DNA of 64,000 nt from the NCBI GenBank assembly GCA_963801015.1, contig CAWDCV010000002.1, positions 21,867 to 85,866 of the forward strand, read 5' to 3'. The notes beneath the pieces are model-generated. The model was not told where the DNA came from. It saw only the letters and a program-made list of their open reading frames with translations, and searched no databases. The DNA is from an uncultured Actinomycetota bacterium. GTDB taxonomy: Bacteria > Actinomycetota > Actinomycetes > CAWDCV01. Every line of letters starts with the position of its first letter. The stretch's first letter is position 1. This document shows positions 10,854 through 21,628 of this stretch, one piece after another. The translations under genes were made by a program, and so were the position numbers.

Positions 10854-10963
10854 ACAAACGAGCAACGGTGCGCTCATACATGCATTCCACCCTTGACACC
10901 GTAAAGGCCAGGGTATTTGACTCCGCTTAACTCGTTTGTTACTCGGTGCGCTCATATGAGCGC
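10854..10963. promoter_or_regulatory. candidate operator region in the sorC/ABC divergent intergenic region
   Basis: Inverted arms ACAAACGAG (10854-62) and CTCGTTTGT (10931-39). Two copies of GGTGCGCTCATA (10867-78 and 10945-56). A 16-bp perfect palindrome GCGCTCATATGAGCGC (10948-63). Confidence 0.35.
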
Positions 10964-11031
10964 CGGCGTGAGGGGCGTGTGGCGGTGGCGGTAGCGAGAG
11001 CTCATCCCCGGCTTCCAGGAGGTCCCATCCG

Positions 11032-12408
11032 ATGAAGAGTCGAGCACCACGTCAACAGATTGCGGCGATCGCCGCGGTTGCTGCCCTCGGGCTGGTAGCA
11101 ACGGCGTGCGGCGGCGCGGGCGGTGGCGGTGGTGGCGGCGGCGGCGAGGAAGGTGGCGGCACCGTCACCATCGCCACCGTGGCCAACCCCGCGATGCAGG
11201 ACATCGAGGAACTGAGCAGCCAGTTCGAGGAAGAGAATCCAGACATCAACCTCGAGTTCGTGATCTTGCCCGAGAACGAGCTGCGCGACCGCGTCACGCA
11301 GGACATCGCTACCCAGGGCGGCCAGTACGACGTCGTCACCATCGGCACCTACGAGGTCCCGATCTGGGCCGGTAACCAGTGGCTCACCGATCTCACCGAG
11401 TACGCCTCATCGGATTCATACGACGTCGACGACCTGATGCCGCCGGTGCGCGAGGCGCTGACCGTCGACGACTCGCTCTACGCCGTGCCGTTCTACGGCG
11501 AGTCGTCGTTCCTCATGTACCGCAAGGACCTCTTCGAGCAGGCCGGGCTGACGATGCCCGACCAGCCGACCTGGCAGCAGGTCGCGGAGTTCGCGGCCAC
11601 CCTCAACAACCCCGGACAGAACCTCGCCGGCATCTGCCTGCGCGGCCTGCCCGGCTGGGGCGAGGTGCTGGCACCGCTCAACACGGTGATCCTCACCTTC
11701 GGTGGGCGCTGGTACGACGAGGAGTGGAACGCCTATCTCAACTCCCCGGAGACGACTCAGGCCGTGCAGTTCTACGTCGACCTGGTGCGCAACTCCGGGC
11801 AGCCCGGCGCCCCAAGCTCCGGTTTCTCCGAGTGTCTCACCGCGCTCAGCCAGGGCAATGCAGCCATGTGGTACGACGCGACCGTGGCGGCGGGATCTCT
11901 CGAGGACCCAGCAACGAGCACGGTCGCCGGCAAGATCGGCTACGCGCCAGCTCCCGTCGTCGAGACCGAGAACGCAGGATGGCTGTGGGCCTGGTCCCTG
12001 GCGATCCCGGAGACGTCGCAGAACAAGGACGCCGCCTGGACGTTCATGGAGTGGGCGACGAGCAAGGACTACATGCAGCTCGTCGGCAACGAGCTCGGCT
12101 GGGCTCGGGTGCCTCCGGGCAGCCGCCTGTCCACGTACGAGATCCCCGAGTACCAGGAAGCCGCAGCCGCGTTCGCGGACGTCACGCTGCAGTCCATCGA
12201 GGGTGTCAACCCCGAACAGCCGGGCGTCTACCCGCAGCCATGGGTCGGCGTGCAGTACGTGACGATCCCGGAGTTCCAGGACCTCGGGACCAGAGTCTCG
12301 CAGGAGATCTCTGCGGCGATCGCCGGTCAACAGACAGTGGAAGAAGCCTTGGCGAAGGCGCAGACCTACGCCGAGGAGACCGCGGAGGAGGGCGGCTACA
12401 AGGAGTAG
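11032..12408 (+). CDS. sugar/polyol ABC transporter substrate-binding lipoprotein
   Basis: Lipoprotein signal (LVATAC), a Gly-rich linker, then a family-1 SBP fold. Sits in an operon with two permeases and a MalK-like ATPase. Confidence 0.85.
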   Translation: MKSRAPRQQIAAIAAVAALGLVATACGGAGGGGGGGGGEEGGGTVTIATVANPAMQDIEELSSQFEEENPDINLEFVILPENELRDRVTQDIATQGGQYDVVTIGTYEVPIWAGNQWLTDLTEYASSDSYDVDDLMPPVREALTVDDSLYAVPFYGESSFLMYRKDLFEQAGLTMPDQPTWQQVAEFAATLNNPGQNLAGICLRGLPGWGEVLAPLNTVILTFGGRWYDEEWNAYLNSPETTQAVQFYVDLVRNSGQPGAPSSGFSECLTALSQGNAAMWYDATVAAGSLEDPATSTVAGKIGYAPAPVVETENAGWLWAWSLAIPETSQNKDAAWTFMEWATSKDYMQLVGNELGWARVPPGSRLSTYEIPEYQEAAAAFADVTLQSIEGVNPEQPGVYPQPWVGVQYVTIPEFQDLGTRVSQEISAAIAGQQTVEEALAKAQTYAEETAEEGGYKE

Positions 12409-12530
12409 CGCGTGACATCACGGCGCGGCCGGTGCGGGAGCCCAGTCTTGTTCCCGCACCGGCGGTCGCCGGCTCTCTCACGAGACAACGTCCCCGCCAC
12501 GCCTGCCGCTGACGGGTTCAGGAGGACGCC

Positions 12531-13472
12531 ATGACCATCCAGGCCGAACGGCCACCAGCCGCCGCCGAACCGCGGCGTCGACCAGAGCCCAAAAAACTCA
12601 CCAGCGGCGAGCGTTGGACCCGTCGCGGCCCGCTGCTGCCGGGCCTCATCTTCGCCATCGTGCTGACGCAGCTCCCGTTCCTGCTCACCGTCTGGTACAG
12701 CTTCCAGGACCGCAACCTGCTCAGACCAGACTCCGGCGGGTTCGCGGGCGTCGACAACTACATCGAGATCCTCACCGACCCTGCCTTTCGTGGCGCGGTG
12801 TGGGTCACCATCGTCTTGACGGCCAGTGCCGTGATCTTGTCGCTGCTCCTCGGCATCGGGCTGGCGCTCGTGCTCGACCGCAAATTCATCGGCCGCAGCG
12901 TCGCCCGAACACTGCTGATCACGCCATTCCTCGTCATGCCGGCAGCCGCTGCCCTGGTATGGAAGACCTCGATCTACAACCCGGTATTTGGGCTCCTCAA
13001 CTGGGCGCTGTCGCCGTTCGGTGTCGGCAACGTGGATTGGACGAGTCGCTTTCCGTTGGCCTCGATCGTCATCGTCCTCACCTGGCAGTGGACGCCGTTC
13101 ATGATGCTGATCCTGCTCGCGGGCTTGCAGAGCCAGTCCCCCGAGATTCTCGAAGCCGCCAAGGTCGACGGGGCAAGCGGCTGGAACACCTTCCGTCGGA
13201 TCACGTTGCCGCACATGCGGCAGTTCATCGAACTGTCGACGCTGCTGGGCTCGATCTTCATCGTGCAGACGTTCGACGCCATCTTCATGATCACCCAAGG
13301 CGGCCCAGGTACGGCAACCACGAACCTGCCGTACTTCATCTATCTCAAGGCGTTCCGAGCCTTTGACGTCGGTGAGGCCGCGGCCGCGGGAGTCATCGTG
13401 GTCGTAGCGACGATCGTGATCGCGACGTTCGCGCTTCGGGTCATCTCCAACCTGTTCCAAGAGGAGGCATGA
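12531..13472 (+). CDS. carbohydrate ABC transporter permease (MalF-like)
   Basis: 313 aa multi-TM protein. Contains the EAA-type motif (EAAKVDGASGWNTFRRITLP). Confidence 0.85.
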   Translation: MTIQAERPPAAAEPRRRPEPKKLTSGERWTRRGPLLPGLIFAIVLTQLPFLLTVWYSFQDRNLLRPDSGGFAGVDNYIEILTDPAFRGAVWVTIVLTASAVILSLLLGIGLALVLDRKFIGRSVARTLLITPFLVMPAAAALVWKTSIYNPVFGLLNWALSPFGVGNVDWTSRFPLASIVIVLTWQWTPFMMLILLAGLQSQSPEILEAAKVDGASGWNTFRRITLPHMRQFIELSTLLGSIFIVQTFDAIFMITQGGPGTATTNLPYFIYLKAFRAFDVGEAAAAGVIVVVATIVIATFALRVISNLFQEEA

Positions 13473-13473
13473 G

Positions 13474-14352
13474 ATGACTGCGGTACAGGTTCTCCCCCAG
13501 ACACCACGTGCCGCGACCGATTTGCCGCCGCGGCAGGGCAAGGGTCCCAAGGGCAGCATCCTCGCCGGCGTGCTCGGCTGGGGTGGTGCGCTGATCTTCT
13601 TTTTTCCGGTGTTCTGGATGTTCACCACCGGGTTCAAGCAGGAGTCGCAGGCGTCGACGGATCCGCCAACCTTCTTCTTCGTGCCGACGTTGGATCAGTA
13701 CACCGCGATTTTCGAACGCAACTTCGCGCCGTACTTCCTCAACTCGGTGATGGCATCGATCTTCTCAACCGTGCTCGTTATCGTCCTGGCGACCCCGGCC
13801 GCCTACGCACTGTCCATCGCACGAGTGGGGGCTTGGCGAGACTCGCTGTTCTTCTTCATCTCGACGCGCATGATGCCGGCGGTTGCATCGATCTTGCCGC
13901 TCTATGTCATCGCCCAGAACATTGGGTTGCTCGACAACATCTGGCTGCTGGTGCTCATCTATACGGCCATGAACCTGCCGATTGCGGTGTGGATGATTCG
14001 CTCCTTCCTCATCGAGCTACCCAAGGAGGTCCTCGAGGCGGCGCGTGTCGACGGCGCCAAACTGAGCACCGAGATGCGGCGCATCATCCTGCCGATGATC
14101 GCGCCCGGACTGGCCGCCACCGCACTCATCTGCTTCATCTTCGCGTGGAACGAGTTCTTCTTCGCCGTCAGCCTCACCGCGACGCAAGCCGCCACGGTGC
14201 CGGTGTTCCTCGTCGGCTTCATCACCAGCGAGGGCCTGTTCTGGGCGCGGCTGTCCGCTGCCTCCACGATGGCCGTCCTGCCTGTGATCATCGCGGGTTG
14301 GGTCGCCCAGAAGTGGCTGGTACGCGGTCTGTCGCTGGGTGCGGTGAAGTAA
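13474..14352 (+). CDS. carbohydrate ABC transporter permease (MalG-like)
   Basis: 292 aa. Contains EAARVDGAKLSTEMRRIILPM. Lies 2 nt after the previous stop. Confidence 0.85.
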   Translation: MTAVQVLPQTPRAATDLPPRQGKGPKGSILAGVLGWGGALIFFFPVFWMFTTGFKQESQASTDPPTFFFVPTLDQYTAIFERNFAPYFLNSVMASIFSTVLVIVLATPAAYALSIARVGAWRDSLFFFISTRMMPAVASILPLYVIAQNIGLLDNIWLLVLIYTAMNLPIAVWMIRSFLIELPKEVLEAARVDGAKLSTEMRRIILPMIAPGLAATALICFIFAWNEFFFAVSLTATQAATVPVFLVGFITSEGLFWARLSAASTMAVLPVIIAGWVAQKWLVRGLSLGAVK

Positions 14353-15350
14353 TGCGAGCCGTCGTCGTCGAGGAGCCCGGATCCATCACGGTGGCGTCGG
14401 TCAAGGATCCGACGCCGCAAAGCCGGGAGGTCGTGCTGGCCATCGACGGCTGCGGCATCTGCGGGACCGACATCCATCTCATCGACGGTGAGCTGCCGTA
14501 CCGCCCCTACCCGGTCATCCCCGGGCACGAGTTCGCTGGGACGGTCGTGGCGGTCGGCAGCGACGTCACAGAATTCGCCGAGGGCGACCGGATCGCTGCG
14601 GATCCCAACATCTTTTGCGGCGAGTGTCACTACTGCTTGATCGGGCGCGGCAACCTCTGCATCTACTACGGGGCACTCGGTGTGACGGGTGATGGCGCCT
14701 GCGCGGAGTTCCTCGCCGTACCCGTCGGCAACTGTTTCGCGCTACCCGACTCGATGCCACTCGAGCACGCTCCGCTGATCGAACCGCTGTCGTGCGCCGT
14801 ACACGGGTTCGACCTGCTGCCGGGACGCGTCGGAGAGCACTACCTCATCTACGGCGCCGGCACGATGGGGCTGATGATGGCTCAGCTCGCGCAGCGCGCG
14901 GGGGCAGCGAGCGTCTCTGTCGTTGACATCAACACTCCCCGACTCGAGGTCGCCCGTCGCCTTGGAGTCGATGCGACCGCCAACGCGGCCGACGAGTTCG
15001 ACCGTCCGCACGGATGGGAGGTCGTCGTCGACTGCACGGGGGTGATCCCTGCGATCGAGGATGCGCTCACCCGGGTGCGACCCGGCGGCACGATGCAGGT
15101 CTTCGGCGTCGCCGCGGCCGACGCCAAGGCGTCGTTCTCCCCGTTCGACGTCTACAAGAACGAGATCACCATCGTCGGCAGCATGGCGGTGTTGCACAGC
15201 TTCGGTCGTGCCGTGGACCTGATGGCCAAGAACGTCATCGATGCCGACGTTCTCATCAGTGACCGGTATGGCTTGGACGACTACGCCGAAGCCGTCGATG
15301 CGTTCCGTCGCGGCATCGGACGCAAGCTCCAGATTCGACCGCAGGCCTGA
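14352..15350 (+). CDS. zinc-dependent medium-chain polyol dehydrogenase (paralog 1)
   Basis: Only the C-terminal 332 codons of the 505-aa ORF are real. The ATG overlaps the permease stop. Contains CGICGTDIHLIDGE...PGHEFAG and a GAGTMG Rossmann motif. Confidence 0.85.
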   Translation: MRAVVVEEPGSITVASVKDPTPQSREVVLAIDGCGICGTDIHLIDGELPYRPYPVIPGHEFAGTVVAVGSDVTEFAEGDRIAADPNIFCGECHYCLIGRGNLCIYYGALGVTGDGACAEFLAVPVGNCFALPDSMPLEHAPLIEPLSCAVHGFDLLPGRVGEHYLIYGAGTMGLMMAQLAQRAGAASVSVVDINTPRLEVARRLGVDATANAADEFDRPHGWEVVVDCTGVIPAIEDALTRVRPGGTMQVFGVAAADAKASFSPFDVYKNEITIVGSMAVLHSFGRAVDLMAKNVIDADVLISDRYGLDDYAEAVDAFRRGIGRKLQIRPQA

Positions 15351-15381
15351 ACGACTCATCTTCGTGTGAAGGGATACGTCG

Positions 15382-16482
<1,101 letters not shown>

Positions 16483-16510
16483 GGGCAGGTGCGACCCCGG
16501 TGGCGATGAC

Positions 16511-17533
16511 GTGAAGGCGGTCGTCATTGCCGGTATCGGCGACATCGAGCTGGCCACCCTCCCTGACCCCGCCCCTGGGCCACGGGAGGTCGTCGTCGCC
16601 GTCGCGGGATGTGGCATCTGCGGGACGGACCTACACATCCTCGACGGCGAGTTCGCGCCGGCGCTGCCCGTTGTGCCCGGCCACGAGTTCGCCGGAGAGG
16701 TAGTCGCCATCGGTCGCGACGTCGTCGAGGTGGGGATCGGAGACCGGGTTGCCGTCGACCCATCTCTGTACTGCGGCGAGTGCTACTACTGCCGGCGCGG
16801 GCAGGGAAATCAGTGTGAGCGCTGGGGAGCCATCGGGGTCAGCACCGCGGGCGGCGCGGCGGAATACGCAGTCGCACCCGCGCCAAACTGCTTTCTGCTT
16901 CCCGATGGCGTGCCCACCGCTGACGCTGCCCTCATCGAACCGCTTGCATGCGCACTGCACGGCTACGACGTACTGCGGAACCGCCCTGCGGACCACGTCC
17001 TGATCTACGGCGCTGGCACGATGGGCCTGATGATGCTGGAGCTCGCCGAGCGCACCGGGGCTGCCAGCGTCAGCGTGGTCGACATCAACGAGAACCGGCT
17101 CGAGACAGCACGCCTGCTCGGCTGCACCGCGGCCGTCCCGAATGCCGACGAGATCGACCGCCCGCGTGGCTGGGACACGGTTATCGACTGCACCGGCGTG
17201 GTGTCCGCCATTGACGACGGTCTGAAGCGGGTCGCTCGCGGTGGCACCTTTCTTCAGTTCGGCGTCTCTGGCGAGGCCGCAACGACCTCGTGGTCGCCGT
17301 ACCGCATCTATCGCCGCGAGATCACCATCACCGGTTCTATGGGCGTACTCAACAGCTTCGAGCGCGCGGGCGAGCTGTTCGTGTCCGGAGTGCTGCGACC
17401 TGACGTGCTGATCAGCCACCGGTACCCGCTGGCCGACTACCAGACCGCGATCGAGCAGTTCACGGCCGGCGTCGGACGCAAGATTCACATTCAGCCGCAT
17501 GTTTTCGGCTCAGCCGGCGAAGGGGAATTGTGA
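16511..17533 (+). CDS. zinc-dependent medium-chain polyol dehydrogenase (paralog 2)
   Basis: Contains CGICGTDLHILDGE...PGHEFAG. Collinear with paralog 1 (ITITGSMGVLNSFERA vs ITIVGSMAVLHSFGRA). Confidence 0.85.
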   Translation: MKAVVIAGIGDIELATLPDPAPGPREVVVAVAGCGICGTDLHILDGEFAPALPVVPGHEFAGEVVAIGRDVVEVGIGDRVAVDPSLYCGECYYCRRGQGNQCERWGAIGVSTAGGAAEYAVAPAPNCFLLPDGVPTADAALIEPLACALHGYDVLRNRPADHVLIYGAGTMGLMMLELAERTGAASVSVVDINENRLETARLLGCTAAVPNADEIDRPRGWDTVIDCTGVVSAIDDGLKRVARGGTFLQFGVSGEAATTSWSPYRIYRREITITGSMGVLNSFERAGELFVSGVLRPDVLISHRYPLADYQTAIEQFTAGVGRKIHIQPHVFGSAGEGEL

Positions 17534-17537
17534 CGTG

Positions 17538-18548
17538 ATGCGCGCGTCAGTGTTGCGTGGAGTCCACGACCTCGCCGTCGAGGAGCGCCCCGTTCCCGAG
17601 CCGGATCGAGACGAGGCACTCGTCCGGGTGACATCCGTCGGCGTGTGTGGCTCGGACGTGCACTACTACGAGCACGGGCGCATCGGTCAGTTCGTCGTCA
17701 GTGCTCCCCTCGTCCTCGGGCACGAGGCGGGCGGCGAGATCGCCGCCGTGGGGCCGGACGTCGGGACCCTTGCGGTCGGCCAGCGGGTGTCGATTGAGCC
17801 GGGTATCCCCTGCCGCAACTGTGCCCAGTGCCTGTCCGGCCACTACAACCTGTGTCCGTCGATGCGTTTCTTCGCGACACCACCGATCGACGGCGCCTTC
17901 TGCGAGTACGTCGCGATGCCAGGGTCGTTCCTGCATCCGGTCCCCGACACCATCAGCGACGACGCCGCCGGCCTGGTAGAGCCACTGTCGGTAGGAGTGT
18001 GGGCATGTCGGCGTGCACGTGTTGCTCCCGGCGACCGCGTTCTGGTCACCGGCGCCGGCCCGATCGGATTGCTCGCCGGTCAGGTGGCGCGCGCCTACGG
18101 CGCCGCGGAGGTCGTCATCAGCGACGTGAACCCGCATCGACTCGCGCTCGCCGACCGCCTCGGGCTGACCGCACTCGACGTCTCGTCGACGTCGCTCGCG
18201 CAGGCAGGGCTGCGGCCGGATGTGCTGCTCGAATGCTCCGGCAATGTGCGTGCCACGACCGACGCGATCCGAGTGCTCGCTCCTGCCGGTCGGGTCGTGC
18301 TGATCGGGATGGGCGGCGACGAGCTACTGCTGCCGCTGTCGTACGTGCAGGACATGGAGCTGCAGATTCTCGGCGCCTTCCGTTACGCCGGAACGTGGCC
18401 GACGGCGATTGGGTTGGTCGCGAGCGGCGCCGTGGATCTCGATGCGCTCGTCAGTGGTCACTACGACCTGGACGAGGTTGAGGACGCCCTCACTGCAGCC
18501 GCCCGCGATCCGGCGGCGATCAAGGCGATGGTGACGCCTGCCCACTGA
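17538..18548 (+). CDS. sorbitol/L-iditol 2-dehydrogenase-like zinc-dependent medium-chain dehydrogenase (paralog 3)
   Basis: Contains GVCGSDVHYYEHGRIGQF...LGHEAGG, typical of the sorbitol/xylitol dehydrogenase subfamily. ATG at 17538 after AAGGGGA. Confidence 0.85.
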   Translation: MRASVLRGVHDLAVEERPVPEPDRDEALVRVTSVGVCGSDVHYYEHGRIGQFVVSAPLVLGHEAGGEIAAVGPDVGTLAVGQRVSIEPGIPCRNCAQCLSGHYNLCPSMRFFATPPIDGAFCEYVAMPGSFLHPVPDTISDDAAGLVEPLSVGVWACRRARVAPGDRVLVTGAGPIGLLAGQVARAYGAAEVVISDVNPHRLALADRLGLTALDVSSTSLAQAGLRPDVLLECSGNVRATTDAIRVLAPAGRVVLIGMGGDELLLPLSYVQDMELQILGAFRYAGTWPTAIGLVASGAVDLDALVSGHYDLDEVEDALTAAARDPAAIKAMVTPAH

Positions 18549-18554
18549 TAGAAA

Positions 18555-18591
18555 TTGACAACCATTGTCAATAGAATGAATATGGTTGTCA
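18555..18591. promoter_or_regulatory. putative Zur (Fur-family) box upstream of znuA
   Basis: TTGACAACCATTGTCAA is a perfect 7-3-7 palindrome. It resembles the actinobacterial Zur box TTGAAAATCATTTTCAA. A second inverted half-site ATGGTTGTCA lies at 18582-91, in an AT-rich patch directly 5' of a metal-uptake operon that ends with a fur-family gene. Confidence 0.45.
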
Positions 18592-19511
18592 TGACCAGGA
18601 CAGTCGCCGTCGGTATCTCGGTGGCGTCTGCCCTTCTCACCGCGGCGGCGGCGTGCTCGTCAAGCACGGACTCGGGCGGCGATGGCCTTCGAGTCGTGGC
18701 CGCGTTCTACCCGCTGGCGTGGATGGCGGAGCAGGTCGCCGGCGATCGCGCGCGGGTCGAGACGCTGACGAAACCCGGTGCCGAACCTCACGACCTCGAG
18801 CTGACGCCGCAGGACGTCGCGACCATGACCAAGGCCGACCTGGTCGTCTACCTCGCGATGTTCCAGCCCGCTGTCGACGAGGCGGTCGCGCGAGAGGCAG
18901 ACGATCGGGCGTACGACGTCACGCCGGACGCGTCGCTCGACCTCACGTACACCCCGATCGAGGAGGGGGAGGACAGCGGCGAGGCCGGCACCGTTGACCC
19001 TCACTTCTGGCTGGATCCACTGCGGCTTGCCGACGTCGGTGATGCCTTCGCCGCTCGCCTCGGGGACGCCGATCCAGAGAACGCGCAGGCGTTCCTCAAC
19101 AACGCTGCGACGCTGCGTACCAGTCTCGAAGAACTCGACGTCGAGATCGCCACAGCGCTGACATCGTGTGAGCAGCGAGATCTGGTGACGAGCCACACTG
19201 CGTTCGGGTACCTCGCTCAGCGCTACGACATGGAACAGGTCGGGATCACCGGGCTGGTGCCCGAGGAGGAACCGTCGCCGCCTGAGCTCGCCGCCGTGTC
19301 CGACTTCGTCCGCGCGAATGGCGTGCGCACCATCTACTACGAGACGCTGGTGAGTCCTGCGGTCGCAGAGACCCTCGCCCGAGAGACCGGCGCAACGACC
19401 GCCGTCCTCGACCCGCTCGAAGGGCTCACTGACGAGTCGTCCGGCGACGACTACACCGAGGTGATGCGGACCAACGCGCAGACCCTGCAACGAGGGCAGG
19501 GGTGTGCATGA
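18591..19511 (+). CDS. znuA: metal (zinc/manganese) ABC transporter substrate-binding lipoprotein
   Basis: ZnuA/TroA-like. Start taken at ATG 18591 (MTRTVAVGISVASALLTAAAAC lipobox). The alternative start at 18555 lies inside the palindrome. Confidence 0.8.
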   Translation: MTRTVAVGISVASALLTAAAACSSSTDSGGDGLRVVAAFYPLAWMAEQVAGDRARVETLTKPGAEPHDLELTPQDVATMTKADLVVYLAMFQPAVDEAVAREADDRAYDVTPDASLDLTYTPIEEGEDSGEAGTVDPHFWLDPLRLADVGDAFAARLGDADPENAQAFLNNAATLRTSLEELDVEIATALTSCEQRDLVTSHTAFGYLAQRYDMEQVGITGLVPEEEPSPPELAAVSDFVRANGVRTIYYETLVSPAVAETLARETGATTAVLDPLEGLTDESSGDDYTEVMRTNAQTLQRGQGCA

Positions 19512-20251
19512 CTGACGTCGTCAGCGTTCAGCATGCATCAATGGGATACCGAGCCCATGCCGTCGTCCGCGATCTCGATCTCGAGCTACATCACGGCGAC
19601 GTCATGGCTGTCCTCGGCGCCAACGGATCAGGGAAGACCACGCTGCTGCGCGGCATCCTCGGCCTGGCCACACTGCTCGCCGGTTCCATCGAGCTCTTCG
19701 GCGTACCGATCGACCGCTTCGGTGAGCGCTATCGCCTGGGCTACGTCCCGCAGCGCCCAGCCATCGGCGGCGGCGTCCCCGCGACCGTGACGGAGGTAGT
19801 CAGTTCCGGGCGGTTGCCGCGCAAGCGACCGTTCGCGCTGATGACTACGCAGGATCGACGGGCCATCGCAAATGCCATTGACGCGGTGGGGTTGACCGAG
19901 AAAGCGTCCCAACCGGTCAGCACATTGTCCGGCGGTCAGCAGCGCCGGGTGCTCATCGCTCGCGCGCTGGCCAGCGAGCCCGAGGTGCTCGTCCTCGACG
20001 AGCCCACAGCGGGCGTCGATGCTGCCAATCAGGAGATCCTCGCCGCGACGCTCGCCAGCCTGATGCAGCGCGGCGCGACCATCCTGCTTGTGGCTCACGA
20101 GCTTGGTCCGCTTGCTCCTCTCGTCGACCGGGTCGTGGTGCTGCGCGACGGGCGGAAGACGTACGACGGCCCACCGATGCAGGATCTTGCTGTCGAGGAC
20201 TCGCACCCGCACGGCGATGTCGGAGCGCTGGACCGTGGGTGGTTCGGATGA
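19508..20251 (+). CDS. znuC: metal ABC transporter ATP-binding protein
   Basis: Walker A GANGSGKTT, LSGGQQRR, VLDEPTAGVD. ATGA overlap with znuA. Confidence 0.85.
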   Translation: MTDVVSVQHASMGYRAHAVVRDLDLELHHGDVMAVLGANGSGKTTLLRGILGLATLLAGSIELFGVPIDRFGERYRLGYVPQRPAIGGGVPATVTEVVSSGRLPRKRPFALMTTQDRRAIANAIDAVGLTEKASQPVSTLSGGQQRRVLIARALASEPEVLVLDEPTAGVDAANQEILAATLASLMQRGATILLVAHELGPLAPLVDRVVVLRDGRKTYDGPPMQDLAVEDSHPHGDVGALDRGWFG

Positions 20252-21204
20252 CTTTCCTGTCGTACGACTTCATGCAGCGTGCGCTGCTGGCTGCGCTGCT
20301 TGTCGGTGTGGCGGCGCCCAGCGTTGGCGTCTACCTCGTGCAGCGTCGGCTTGCTCTCATCGGGGACGGCCTGGGACATGCTGCTCTCACCGGCGTTGCC
20401 GTCGGCCTCCTGACCAGTACGTCGCCAGTCCTGACCGCGCTCGTATGTGCCGTCGCGGGCGGGATCATTGTCGAGCTGGTTCGGCTGCGCGGCAGGACAA
20501 CTGGCGACATCGCTCTCGCCATCCTGTTCTACGGCGGGATTGCCGGCGGTGTCGTCCTCGTGAGCAAGGCGCCGGGAGGAACGCCGGGCAACCTCAATGC
20601 CTACCTGTTCGGCGCCATCACGACGACGACGCCTGCCGACCTCGTCGCGTTTGCGGTGCTGAGCATCTTCGTGCTCGTGGTCACCATCGGTCTGGCGCGC
20701 CCGCTCTTCGCCGTCAGTGACGACGAGGAGTACGCACGTGCCTCCGGACTGCCCGTCGTGCGCTACAACGTGCTGCTCGCAGTCATCACTGCTGTCACCG
20801 TCGTCGTGTCGATGCGCGTCGTTGGTCTGCTCCTCATCAGCGCGCTGATGGTCGTCCCGGTGGCGACAGCTCAGCTGATCCGTTCCAGTTTCGCCGGAAC
20901 GATGGCTGTTGCGATCGGCATCGGAGTGGTTGTGAGTGCTGGCGGAGTCGTGACGTCCTTCTACGTCGATACGCCGTCCGGCGGCACGATCGTGCTCCTG
21001 GCCGTGGCCGTCTTCGGGGTCGTTCTCAGCGGCTCTGCAGTGCGACATCGACTGCGACGCGATGTGCATCCGGAGGCGGAAGACCACCTGCATCGCCACG
21101 GCCCGGAATGCGGCCATCCGGCGGTGAGTCACGAGGACCACGTCGACTACGTCCACGACGGGCATCGTCATGCGGTGCACGGCGCGCACTACGACGAGCA
21201 CTGA
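20248..21204 (+). CDS. znuB: metal ABC transporter permease with His-rich C-terminal tail
   Basis: ABC-3 family multi-TM permease. ATGA overlap with znuC. The last about 44 aa carry 13 His (HPEAEDHLHRHGPECGHPAVSHEDHVDYVHDGHRHAVHGAHYDEH). Confidence 0.85.
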   Translation: MTFLSYDFMQRALLAALLVGVAAPSVGVYLVQRRLALIGDGLGHAALTGVAVGLLTSTSPVLTALVCAVAGGIIVELVRLRGRTTGDIALAILFYGGIAGGVVLVSKAPGGTPGNLNAYLFGAITTTTPADLVAFAVLSIFVLVVTIGLARPLFAVSDDEEYARASGLPVVRYNVLLAVITAVTVVVSMRVVGLLLISALMVVPVATAQLIRSSFAGTMAVAIGIGVVVSAGGVVTSFYVDTPSGGTIVLLAVAVFGVVLSGSAVRHRLRRDVHPEAEDHLHRHGPECGHPAVSHEDHVDYVHDGHRHAVHGAHYDEH

Positions 21205-21214
21205 GGAGGCGACG

Positions 21215-21628
21215 GTGACCTCTGCACCTGCACCCCGCTCGACTCGACAGCGAGCCGCCGTCGCTGCCGTGCTCGACGAACAGGCGGACTTCCGCAGCGC
21301 GCAGGACCTGCACGCAATGCTGCGCGAACGCGGTGCAGGCGTCGGCCTGACGACCGTGTATCGAACGCTGCAGGCCCTGGCCGACTCAGGTGAGGTTGAC
21401 GTGCTGCGTGGCGTCGATGGCGAAGCCGTCTATCGGCGCTGCAGCACCGGACATCATCACCATCTTGTCTGCCGCAACTGCGGCCGTGCGGTCGAGGTCG
21501 AGGGGCCAGCCGTCGAGCGGTGGGCCGACCGCGTCGCCGCTGAGCACGGCTTTGTCGACGTCAGTCACACCCTGGAGATCTTCGGCACCTGCGCGTCCTG
21601 CGCCTCGTTGGGCAGCGCTCCCCCGTAG
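21215..21628 (+). CDS. zur: Fur-family transcriptional regulator, probable zinc uptake regulator
   Basis: 137 aa from GTG at 21215, with GAGGAGG upstream. Contains a DNA-binding helix and [15 protein letters not shown]...C..C metal sites. Confidence 0.8.
   Translation: MTSAPAPRSTRQRAAVAAVLDEQADFRSAQDLHAMLRERGAGVGLTTVYRTLQALADSGEVDVLRGVDGEAVYRRCSTGHHHHLVCRNCGRAVEVEGPAVERWADRVAAEHGFVDVSHTLEIFGTCASCASLGSAPP

Noticed and set aside
13833-14351. 5' part of the 505-aa ORF preceding the dehydrogenase
   Set aside because: Out-of-frame overlap of the MalG-like permease. The dehydrogenase starts at the ATG overlapping the permease stop.
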